Shown one piece after another: positions 1 to 7,483 of a stretch of 34,924 nucleotides of DNA. The notes beneath the pieces are model-generated. The model worked only from the letters and a program-made list of their open reading frames with translations. It had not been told where the DNA came from and did not search any database. The first letter of the stretch is position 1, and each line of letters opens with the position of its first letter. The stretch covers positions 1-34,924 of the forward strand of contig JBKJRJ010000396.1 in assembly GCA_046594705.1 (NCBI GenBank), read 5' to 3'. A program made the translations under genes and the position numbers. The DNA is from Vicinamibacterales bacterium (GTDB lineage Bacteria > Acidobacteriota > Vicinamibacteria > Vicinamibacterales > 2-12-FULL-66-21).

Positions 1-1214
1 AGCATGCCGTCCCTGACGACCTTGTCGTAGAGCGCCGTGCCCGGGTAGGGGACCGCCGGATAGAAGTTCGCGAAGTCAGGATTGAGCTCGATCGCGTATT
101 CGATGGTGTGCTCGATGGTCGCGGGCGTCTCGCCGGGGTAGCCGAGGATGAAGAACGCAAAGGACCGGATCCCGGCCTCGCGCATGTTGTTGAGCGCGGC
201 CTGGATCTTCACCCGCTCGAGCCTCTTCACCATGTCCTTGCGGATTTCCTCGGACTCGGTCTCGATGCCCATCGCCAGCATCCAGCAGCCGGACTTGCGC
301 AGGCGGTGCACGAACGCGGGATCGGTGAGGTTGTCGGCGCGGGCGTTGCCGAACCACTGGATCGGCAGGTTCCTGGCAATCAGCTCGTCGCAGAACGCCG
401 TGAAGGTCTTGACGTTGAGCGTGACGGTGTCGCCCCAGAGGTAGAAGAAGTCGACACCGAACTCGCGGTAGCTGCGTTCGATCTCGTCAACCAGCGCCTT
501 CGGGCTGCGCTCGCGGAATTTATGCCCCTGGTGGATCGGCGCGACGCAGAAATCGCACGAATACGGGCAGCCGCGGCTGGTCTCGACGATGACATACGGC
601 CGATTCACGAGCGGCAGCGAGTACAACGACCGCGGCACGAGGTCCCACGCCGGATACGGCATCGTGGCAAACCCCGCGTATGACCCTTTCGCCGTGTGCG
701 CGACGATGGTGCCGGCTCGGCGCCAGGTGAGGCTCGGAACCGCGTGCAGGTGATCGATCGAATCCAGCAGCGCGAGTTCCAGCGCGCCGTCCTCGGGCTC
801 GCCGACGAACATGCCATCGACGTCCGGCGCGCGCAGCATCGACGCCTGCGGGGTGGTGGAGGCGTGCGGCCCGAAGCAGAACATCGGCGCGCCGAAACGC
901 TTCTTGAGTTTCGCGATTTCGACGACGTCCACGTCGAGCGTAGGGGTGGTGCTGGGGAAGAGGATGAGCGTGGGCCTGAAGCCCTCGCGATCGAGCCGCC
1001 CGATCAGGTCGTCCACGCTTTTCCGCTCGGCGGTGAGATCGACCAGGCGGACAGCGCAGCCGGCGTCGCGGAGCAGTGACGCGAGCAGCGCGAGTGTGTA
1101 GGGAGGCTTGGTCGTGCCCAGCACTTCCTCGCGCTCCTGGCAGCGCCCCTGGCGCGTAAAGGCGATGCCGTTGACGAGCGGCGGGTTGACGAGGAGGGTG
1201 CGCTGGCCGATCAC
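1..1214 (-). CDS. B12-binding-domain radical SAM enzyme (class B type), C-terminus beyond the window edge
   Basis: Absent from the ORF track because it has no in-window stop. Hand translation from GTG (1214-1212) gives VIGQRTLLVNPPLVNGIAFTRQGRC...LILFPSTTPTLDVDVVEIAKLKKRFGAPMFCFGPHAS...YVIVETSRGCPYSCDFCVAP...MGIETESEEIRKDMVKR...FFILGYPGET. This shows an N-terminal B12-binding-like domain followed by the CxxxCxxC cluster motif (CPYSCDFC). The GTGA start overlaps the stop of the upstream gene at 1211-1214. Confidence 0.8.
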   Translation of the reverse strand, partial: MIGQRTLLVNPPLVNGIAFTRQGRCQEREEVLGTTKPPYTLALLASLLRDAGCAVRLVDLTAERKSVDDLIGRLDREGFRPTLILFPSTTPTLDVDVVEIAKLKKRFGAPMFCFGPHASTTPQASMLRAPDVDGMFVGEPEDGALELALLDSIDHLHAVPSLTWRRAGTIVAHTAKGSYAGFATMPYPAWDLVPRSLYSLPLVNRPYVIVETSRGCPYSCDFCVAPIHQGHKFRERSPKALVDEIERSYREFGVDFFYLWGDTVTLNVKTFTAFCDELIARNLPIQWFGNARADNLTDPAFVHRLRKSGCWMLAMGIETESEEIRKDMVKRLERVKIQAALNNMREAGIRSFAFFILGYPGETPATIEHTIEYAIELNPDFANFYPAVPYPGTALYDKVVRDGM

Positions 1215-2440
1215 GTGTGCACGACCGTCACGGGAATGGCGCGGCGCCGCGGCAGGTCGGCGGTGGCGACGGCCGGCACGGGCGAGAGTTCGACTTTGCA
1301 GCACCGCCGGCACACCGGGAAGATGCCGTGTTCGAGCAGGCGACGCCGCAGCTCGACGTAACGTTCGCCGTTCCAGACCTGCTCGAGCGTGGACTCCGTG
1401 AGGTCGCCGACTTCGACCCGGATGAACGGGCAGAACACGACCTTGCCGGAAAACGACACGCGCGCGTGCAGGAAGGGATAGAGGCAGCGGCCCTCCAGCT
1501 TCGTCCCGGGCGTGTAGTAGCTGTCCATCAGCTGGGTGTGCACCTTGGGGCGGAAGTCGAACAGGATGTTGCGGTCCTTGCACTTCTGCGCCAGCGCCGT
1601 GACCTTCCGGCGCACCTGCTCCACGTCCAGTCCCGGATCCCGGGTGACGAACGTGGCGATCACGGAGGGATCGGTCGCGCCGATCATCTTCACCGTCTCG
1701 GCCACTTCCTCCGGCGTGCTGAACATCAGGTGGTTCAGGCCGATGGCGTCCACCCCGAGCTGTTCCGCCACGTCGACCATCTGGTCGAGTGCCTCGAGGC
1801 TCTCGTGCGCGACGGTGGTGTTGATGCTCACGCGCAGCGGTGCGCCCTTGCGTTTGGCCGCGCTCTGCAGGCGGCGGAGCCCTTCCGTGGTCCGCTCGAA
1901 GGTGCCCTGCAGCCCGCGCGCCGCGTCGTGCAGTTCTTTCGGGCCGTCCACCGACACGCTGATGTGTTTGAGGAAGCCCCTGGCCGCGAGCTCGGCCAGC
2001 GCCTCGGCGCGTTCTTCCGTGATGATCGTGCCGTTGGTGGTGAGATAACCGGCCGCGTAGCCCTTCTCGCGGAAGAGATCGAGCACGGACATGATGTCCT
2101 TGCGCATGAAGATCTCGCCGCCGGTCAGGCTGATCTGGAAGTCCTTCTGCGCGGGGAACGCGTTCGACAAGGCCTCGAGCGTCAGCTCCTGCCGCCATTC
2201 CCCTTCGAGGTTGAGCAGGTCGCCCACGTAGCAGAACTCGCAGTGCAGGTTGCACCGCATCGTGGCTTCGTAGACCGCGCCCATCGGCAGGCGGTCGGCG
2301 CGGCCGGTGGCCTCTTTGAGGAAGCGCTGGATGCGTCCCTCGTAGCGATGCCGGCGGAACCGCGCCCACGCGTGCCGGGCCAGCGGCATCGACCGGGCCG
2401 TTGTCTTCAGGCGCTCGCGCAGTTTACGAACCAGGACCAT
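1211..2440 (-). CDS. radical SAM enzyme with reduced SPASM/twitch-type C-terminal domain
   Basis: 409 aa ORF. CNLHCEFC is the CxxxCxxC motif. The C-terminus has C-x12-G-x4-C (CLYPFLHARVSFSGKVVFC) followed by CRRCC. ATG at 2440 is preceded by GGCGGA and overlaps the stop of the upstream gene by 17 nt. Confidence 0.85.
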   Translation of the reverse strand: MVLVRKLRERLKTTARSMPLARHAWARFRRHRYEGRIQRFLKEATGRADRLPMGAVYEATMRCNLHCEFCYVGDLLNLEGEWRQELTLEALSNAFPAQKDFQISLTGGEIFMRKDIMSVLDLFREKGYAAGYLTTNGTIITEERAEALAELAARGFLKHISVSVDGPKELHDAARGLQGTFERTTEGLRRLQSAAKRKGAPLRVSINTTVAHESLEALDQMVDVAEQLGVDAIGLNHLMFSTPEEVAETVKMIGATDPSVIATFVTRDPGLDVEQVRRKVTALAQKCKDRNILFDFRPKVHTQLMDSYYTPGTKLEGRCLYPFLHARVSFSGKVVFCPFIRVEVGDLTESTLEQVWNGERYVELRRRLLEHGIFPVCRRCCKVELSPVPAVATADLPRRRAIPVTVVHT

Positions 2441-4208
2441 CTATCCGCCAGATTTCCACGACCGGACCGGGGCGCTCGAGCGTCGCCGCGATCCGGGCAT
2501 CGCTGTTGTGCAGGAAGGGCTCAGCCGCGGGGGTCTTGTCGCCGGCGGCGTGTGAATACGGTGAAAACACGGCAATACGCCGGCCCTTTCCGGCCAGGGC
2601 CGTCAGGAGCGTCATCATTGCTGGGGCCGCGTCATTGTACCGTTTCAAGACCAGGAACGCCACGTGTTCCCGCCGGAGCGCGGCGAGCGGATCGGCAACG
2701 CCGAGCTGTTCATACGGCAGGTAGAGCTTGTCGACGTCCATGCCCCGGCCCAGATAGATCAGGCGGTAAGCGGGGGCGGGATACGGGTCGCGCGCGATCT
2801 GCAGCCGGGTCTTGGTCGGCAGCTCGCGCCCCGAGCGGGCCACCGCTTCTTCCAGCACAGCGGCCGTTGGCTCCAGCGGCACCGAGTACGGCTGGGTCAG
2901 GATGGTGGCCCCCGACGGGATGTGGCTGTGGATGTAGTGGAGTGCCAGCGTGCGCGTGTCGGTCTGTCGGATGAAGGCGCCGGTCCGCAGGCACTCGAGC
3001 CCCGCGACCGCAAATGCCGTGACGAACAGGACCTGGGCCGCGAGGCGCTGCCGCTGCCACAGCCACGCCACCGCGATGGCGGCGAGGATCGCCATAAACG
3101 GGGCGAGCGGCACGAGGTAGCGGCTGGCCGGAAAGGTGCCGGCGATAAAGAGCAGGAACGGTACCGCGAAGGCGAGCAGCCAGGACGCGCGAAGCGGATC
3201 CTTCCGGAGGGCGATCACGAGTCCGGCCAGGCCCAGCAGCGCCGAGGGCAGGCCCACCGTGTCGAACAGCAGCAGCGTCGCGTAGCGCGCGGCGCTGGCC
3301 ACGTAGCCGAGACGCTCGACCGCCCGGTCGACCACGATCTGCCGGTTGGCGGCGATGTCGCGCAGCGCCGTGCCGGGCTCCACCAGGAGGAAGGGAGAGA
3401 GCAGAAAGAACACCGCCGCGCTCACCGCCGCCGCCATCGCCACGCGCCGGACCACGTCGCGTCCGTCGCGGGCTCCGCGCGCCGCCGACCAGGCCAGCGG
3501 GAGGGCCAGGAAGATGGCGTAATAGTGCGTGGAGAACGCCGCGCCGGTGATCGCCGCGGCGCAGAGTAGTGGTCCTTCCGGCTGAAGGCGGAAACTCCGG
3601 ACTGCCCCCTCAGGCCCTCCACCGACCTTGTCCCAGAGCCGCGCATACGCCAGGTACGCCAGCATGATCAGGAACGTCACCGGCACGTCGTGCTTCACGT
3701 AGTGGGAGTTCAGCACGTGCAGCGGCGCGACCGCCAGCAGCAGGGCGGCCAGCACACCCACGCGCGGCGACCACAGGCGCGACCCGAGGATTCCGGTGGC
3801 CACGACCGTTCCGGCGCCGAGCAGCGCCGTCAGCAGCCGTCCCGCCACGAAGACGCGCGTCGGATCGAGAAAGAACTCCCGCTGGAACGCACCGAACGAC
3901 GCCACCGACCGGGTGGCCACCGCGGCAAGAGCGGTGATGCCCTGCCAGGCGAACAGCGCGTAGAAATAGAACGTCGGGTAGAGGAAGTTGTGCGGATTGA
4001 AGTCCCATTTCGCAAAGGCCAGCGTGCGCGACATGATGGCCACTTCGTCGGGGTTGTAGACCGCCGGCAGGCCGTAACGCAGCCCGATCAGCCGCAGCGC
4101 CAGCGCCACGGCGAATATCAGCCACAGACCAACACGGAACGACACGGATCTTCTCTGTGTTTGTCGGTGTTGGTCCGTGGCGGAAGGGCCGTGGTTGTCT
4201 GTGGCCAT
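2424..4208 (-). CDS. GT-C fold membrane glycosyltransferase (GT39/ArnT/PMT_2-like) with a C-terminal soluble domain
   Basis: 594 aa. Many hydrophobic spans. The acidic motif YNPDE lies in the first predicted external loop after TM1, as in ArnT/PMT-type enzymes. A soluble tail of about 170 aa follows. A TAATG 1-nt overlap links it to the upstream flippase gene. Confidence 0.75.
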   Translation of the reverse strand: MATDNHGPSATDQHRQTQRRSVSFRVGLWLIFAVALALRLIGLRYGLPAVYNPDEVAIMSRTLAFAKWDFNPHNFLYPTFYFYALFAWQGITALAAVATRSVASFGAFQREFFLDPTRVFVAGRLLTALLGAGTVVATGILGSRLWSPRVGVLAALLLAVAPLHVLNSHYVKHDVPVTFLIMLAYLAYARLWDKVGGGPEGAVRSFRLQPEGPLLCAAAITGAAFSTHYYAIFLALPLAWSAARGARDGRDVVRRVAMAAAVSAAVFFLLSPFLLVEPGTALRDIAANRQIVVDRAVERLGYVASAARYATLLLFDTVGLPSALLGLAGLVIALRKDPLRASWLLAFAVPFLLFIAGTFPASRYLVPLAPFMAILAAIAVAWLWQRQRLAAQVLFVTAFAVAGLECLRTGAFIRQTDTRTLALHYIHSHIPSGATILTQPYSVPLEPTAAVLEEAVARSGRELPTKTRLQIARDPYPAPAYRLIYLGRGMDVDKLYLPYEQLGVADPLAALRREHVAFLVLKRYNDAAPAMMTLLTALAGKGRRIAVFSPYSHAAGDKTPAAEPFLHNSDARIAATLERPGPVVEIWRIDGPGS

Positions 4209-5794
4209 TACTCCGGCCTTCCGAAGTCGGTGGCGACGATTTCGCCGGCCCGCTCAGTACTATCGGGCGCGGCCGCAGTGGTCGCGACCGGCGCGCTGCG
4301 GCGGCGGATGGACCCCAGGCGGCGCAGTTCGTCGGCGTGGAAAAAGCGCGTCACCACCAGCAGGCCGCCAAACACCACGATCACGGTGATGCCGCGGAGG
4401 ACGAGGTCGGGCAACGGCGCGATGGTGGAACGAGGATCGACCGACAGCTCGATGGAGGGCACCAGCCGCGCCGCGATGTACGCCGCGAGCCCCGCCAGGC
4501 AGACCCGGACGATCCGGCCCCACTCGTACGCGATCGGGTAGCAACGCTGCGACAAGACGTAGCCCAGCGCTGCCTGCACCGCGTAGGCGGCGCCGTTGGC
4601 CCACGCCGCACCCACGATCCCGTAGCGGGGGATCAGCAGGAGATTCAATCCGATGTTGGTCGTCGCCGCGGTGATCGTCGCGAGCGGATAGTACTGCGTG
4701 CGTTTCGTGATGTTCAGGCCGATCGAGGTCAGCAGGTAGACGCCCTGGAGGAAGACTCCGATCGCCGTCCAGGTGATGACGGTGGCGACGTCGTTCCAGC
4801 GCGGGTCGTCGGGCGCCAGGAGGCGCCCGTGGGTCATCGCCTCGGCGGCCTGACGGCCGATCGCCGACAGACCGGCCGTCAGCAGCGCGAGCACCGCGAT
4901 CCCATACGTCGTCACGGTGCGGAACACCCGGGGCGCGTCGGGCTCGCGAATGGCGGCGTAGTAGAACGGCGCCCATGCCGATTCGAACGCGCTGAGGAAC
5001 AGCTTCTGCGTCAAGCCGAACGACACCGCCATCGAGTAGATCCCGACAGTCTGCAGGGTGCCGTAGATGGTGAGCAGGAACTTGTCGCCGACCGCGATGA
5101 CCTGCTGCGCCGCGGCATGGGGCACGCGCGGCAGCCCGAAGGCCAGCGCGTCCCGCAGCACCGTGGCGGAAAACATCGACCGGATGAGCGGCGCAAACCA
5201 GCGCGCCAGGAGCGACAGCATGACCAGGGTGACGACGATGTCCGCGAGAAACAAGCCCGTCACGCCGAGGCCGAGCGACATCACGAACACCAGGCGGAGC
5301 GCGATCGTCAGCGCCGCGCGCACCAGCGTCATCAGGCTGAACGTCACTGTCCGCCGTTCCATCCGGAGCACGTGGAAGGGGATGAAGGTGAAGCCGATGC
5401 CGAACGTGTTCAGCAGCATCAGCCGCAGGGCGGCCGTGTGGTGCTGGCTGCCGAGGAACAGCTCCCCCAGCCGCGGCGCCGCCAGCATCAGGATGGTCAC
5501 GAAGGCACCGTTGATGGCCAGCAGGAAGAAGAAGATCGTGGAGGCCAGCCGGCGCCGCGCCGCGTCGTCCGGGCAGTCGTAGAACAACCGCATGAACGAG
5601 CCATCGAGCCCGAACCGGAAAACGATCTTGGCGATCACTTCCATCGCGCCGAGCACGCCGATGACGCCGTAATCCTCGGCGTTGAAATAGGTGACGTAGA
5701 CGCCGAGCAGGAGGAAGTTGACGATCGAGACCGCGACGTCGCCGAGTCCGTAGACGGTGACGTTCTTCGAGAGCTCGCGGATTTTCAGGAACAC
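4208..5794 (-). CDS. Wzx-like oligosaccharide/polysaccharide flippase (MOP superfamily)
   Basis: 528 aa polytopic protein with the typical Wzx-like N-terminus (LSKNVTVYGLGDV...) and many TM spans. The start codon is GTG at 5794-5792, since the track M is a GTG. It has a hydrophilic C-terminal extension. Confidence 0.8.
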   Translation of the reverse strand: MFLKIRELSKNVTVYGLGDVAVSIVNFLLLGVYVTYFNAEDYGVIGVLGAMEVIAKIVFRFGLDGSFMRLFYDCPDDAARRRLASTIFFFLLAINGAFVTILMLAAPRLGELFLGSQHHTAALRLMLLNTFGIGFTFIPFHVLRMERRTVTFSLMTLVRAALTIALRLVFVMSLGLGVTGLFLADIVVTLVMLSLLARWFAPLIRSMFSATVLRDALAFGLPRVPHAAAQQVIAVGDKFLLTIYGTLQTVGIYSMAVSFGLTQKLFLSAFESAWAPFYYAAIREPDAPRVFRTVTTYGIAVLALLTAGLSAIGRQAAEAMTHGRLLAPDDPRWNDVATVITWTAIGVFLQGVYLLTSIGLNITKRTQYYPLATITAATTNIGLNLLLIPRYGIVGAAWANGAAYAVQAALGYVLSQRCYPIAYEWGRIVRVCLAGLAAYIAARLVPSIELSVDPRSTIAPLPDLVLRGITVIVVFGGLLVVTRFFHADELRRLGSIRRRSAPVATTAAAPDSTERAGEIVATDFGRPE

Positions 5795-5835
5795 GAGCGG
5801 GGGGTCCTGACGGGGTCACTCGGCAATGTCGTGGG

Positions 5836-6549
5836 TCAGCCTTGCGGCTTGCGGAAGGTCAGCAGGTTCAGGAAGCACCACCCGGGCACGGGCAGCCATC
5901 GCGTCAGCGCGCGGTGCAGCGGCGCGAGCGCCCGCGGATGTCGGCGCACGAGGTGCGTGAGGACCGGAACCGTCGGGAAGATGCCGTGGCGCCCGACCAG
6001 CGAGAACCCGGCCCGCCGCCCGAGCTGCAGGTACTCGGCGACCGGTCGATCCCCGGGATGCTTGTACTCGGAGGCGGTGCGGATCAACCGCCCGCGCAGC
6101 AGGAAGTGAATGCGGGACTGCAGGTGCGCGAGGTTCGGCACCGACACCAGCAGTTCGCCGCCGGGCCGCAACACGCGAAAGAGCTCGGCCAGTGCCCGCG
6201 GCTGTTCCGCGTAGGCCAGGTGCTCCAGCACATCGAGACAGAGCGTGCGGTCGAAGGATCCATCGGGGAAGGGCAGCGCCGTCACCGACCCGAGCGTGAC
6301 CCGCGCCGACGAATAGTTCGCGTCAACGCCCGTGATGTCGAGACGGCCGGCATACTCCTCCACCAGCACGCCTTCGCCGCATCCGGCATCCAGCACGCGC
6401 GACGCCGCCGGCAGCGCGTTCAGATAGCGGCGGACCGCATCGAGCTTGGCGAGGTAGGTCGGGTAATAGTCCCAGGAAGGATCGAGCGTGCGGTGATAGT
6501 CGCCGCGCGCCGCGTATTCGCCCTGGCGAACCATCTCGGGCGTGGGCAT
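5836..6549 (-). CDS. class I SAM-dependent methyltransferase
   Basis: 237 aa. Motif I is VLDAGCGEGVL. Downstream are LCLDVLEHL and LRPGGELLVSVPN, typical of Methyltransf_11/23-type enzymes. ATG at 6549. Confidence 0.85.
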   Translation of the reverse strand: MPTPEMVRQGEYAARGDYHRTLDPSWDYYPTYLAKLDAVRRYLNALPAASRVLDAGCGEGVLVEEYAGRLDITGVDANYSSARVTLGSVTALPFPDGSFDRTLCLDVLEHLAYAEQPRALAELFRVLRPGGELLVSVPNLAHLQSRIHFLLRGRLIRTASEYKHPGDRPVAEYLQLGRRAGFSLVGRHGIFPTVPVLTHLVRRHPRALAPLHRALTRWLPVPGWCFLNLLTFRKPQG

Positions 6550-6564
6550 TGAGGGCCGATTGTA

Positions 6565-6665
6565 CTAGGCCTTGGGCCTTTGGCCTTGGGCTTTGGGCTT
6601 TAGGCTTTAGGGAGCTGGTGGGTTTCAGGGCGCCCAAAGCCCAAAGCCCAAAGACTAAAGCCTAG
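6565..6665. repeat. long imperfect inverted repeat built from tandem heptamers (GGCYTTN x6 on the left, CCCAAAG-type x4 on the right)
   Basis: Left arm 6565-6597 is ctaggccttgggcctttggccttgggctttggg. Right arm 6633-6665 is cccaaagcccaaagcccaaagactaaagcctag. Hand alignment of the 33 positions gives 27 Watson-Crick pairs, 3 G-U pairs and 3 mismatches on the minus-strand RNA. The loop is 35 nt. Tandem heptamers span 6568-6609 and 6633-6660. The right arm contains the TAG stop (6662-6664) of the upstream gene. Confidence 0.85.
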
Positions 6666-7384
6666 ATTCCAGGCCCGCCGCCGCGGCCGCCGGTGCCGGG
6701 GGGACGGATGATCGGCTGGTACGGATTCGGGACGCCCCCGGGAACCTGCTGCGGCGGGACGGCGCCCGGACGCGGGAGCGTCAGCGGCGAGGTCTGACCG
6801 GTCACCGCCGGCTGTCCAGGCTGCGTCATCTGCGGCATCTGGGGCATCTGCATCTGCGGCATCTGGCCGGGCTGCTGCGGCGGCATGCCCGGGAACTGCC
6901 CGACCACGGGGTTTCCCTGCTGCAGCGGCATCACGACGTTGATCGGCTCGTCGCTCTCGTCGATCGGCTGCGGCGGCCGCTGGAAGGTCGGCGTCGGCCC
7001 CGAATTGCCGGCCGTCACCGCGGGGGCGCGGCTCGTCGGCATGATCGTGACCCGATCGTAGAAGGCCGCATTGGCCATGGGCACCGGCCGCGGGGCCGCG
7101 ATATATCCGCTCGCGGTGCGCAGGAGGATGTCGAGCGCGTCGCGCTCCGACGCGTTGATCAACTGCAGTGTGACTGACGGCCCGTTCATCTTGTCGGCAT
7201 TGACGATCTTCGTCTGGCCGACGCGCGCCCATTCCTGCAGGATCTGCCGCAGGGGCACGTTGTCGGCCATGATGGTCACCCGCCCGTCCTGCATCGTCAA
7301 TGTGAGCTCGCCGGCGGAGGCCGGCGCGGCAAGGCCGCCGGCCACGGCCGCGGCAAACGCGCAGCGAAGAAGGGTGTTTTTCAT
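6662..7384 (-). CDS. secreted protein: signal peptide, STN-like (secretin/TonB N-terminal) domain, S/T/P linker, P/Q/M-rich low-complexity tail
   Basis: Start re-called to ATG at 7384, with GGGAG 6 nt upstream. The product is 240 aa. MKNTLLRCAFAAAVAGGLAAPASA|GE looks like a Sec signal peptide. VTIMADNVPLRQILQEWARVGQTKIV...VTLQLINASERDALDILLRTASGY matches the STN pattern by eye. The tail reads GMPPQQPGQMPQMQMPQMPQMTQPGQP...GGRGGGPGI. Confidence 0.7.
   Translation of the reverse strand: MKNTLLRCAFAAAVAGGLAAPASAGELTLTMQDGRVTIMADNVPLRQILQEWARVGQTKIVNADKMNGPSVTLQLINASERDALDILLRTASGYIAAPRPVPMANAAFYDRVTIMPTSRAPAVTAGNSGPTPTFQRPPQPIDESDEPINVVMPLQQGNPVVGQFPGMPPQQPGQMPQMQMPQMPQMTQPGQPAVTGQTSPLTLPRPGAVPPQQVPGGVPNPYQPIIRPPGTGGRGGGPGI
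6827..6865 (-). repeat. in-frame imperfect tandem repeat (catctg units) encoding the (MPQ/MQ)n stretch
   Basis: catctg occurs at 6827, 6836, 6845, 6851 and 6860 on the plus strand. On the minus strand this reads cag atg ccg cag atg cag atg ccc cag atg ccg cag atg. Confidence 0.8.
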
Positions 7385-7392
7385 AGGGATCT

Positions 7393-7450
7393 CCCGCTTC
7401 AAAGTATACGCCGGTTCAGACGCCCGGAAGCGGGGGACAGTCGGCGTCTG
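7393..7450 (-). promoter_or_regulatory. candidate interleaved (H-type pseudoknot-like or alternative) 8-bp stems in the 99-nt spacer, touching the Shine-Dalgarno of the STN-protein gene
   Basis: Stem A pairs 7393-7400 (cccgcttc) with 7427-7434 (gaagcggg). Stem B pairs 7417-7424 (cagacgcc) with 7443-7450 (ggcgtctg). The arm order on the strand is A, B, A-prime, B-prime. On the mRNA the last arm, GAAGCGGG, runs into GGAG 6 nt before the AUG. Confidence 0.35.
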
Positions 7451-7483
7451 GCTGAGCCGACCCGCGGAGCATCCCACCGGCCG

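Noticed and set aside
4157-6109. 650-aa plus-strand ORF. Similar long plus-strand ORFs lie at 1217..2974, 2664..3569, 9800..10819, 11293..12831, 12369..13526, 15416..16225, 17463..18497, 18473..19519, 19497..20276, 20444..21523, 22562..23617, 23584..25230 and 25908..26573.
   Set aside because: They are antisense shadows of convincing minus-strand genes in a high-G+C sequence. Their translations are dominated by R, G, A, P, D and E with no recognisable motifs, whereas the opposite strand encodes clear family signatures.
6565-6665. The heptamer hairpin as a Rho-independent terminator.
   Set aside because: Neither strand has a U/T-tract after the stem, and the operon evidently continues with tightly packed downstream genes. 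A stabiliser, processing site or REP-like role is more plausible.
7416-7472. The 18-aa uORF (MLRGSAQPDADCPPLPGV) as a RiPP precursor for the adjacent SPASM radical SAM.
   Set aside because: It is very short, has a single Cys and no recognisable leader or core organisation, and its GGTGGG lies directly against the ATG, which is poor ribosome-binding-site spacing. I keep it only as a possible regulatory uORF in the structured-spacer finding.
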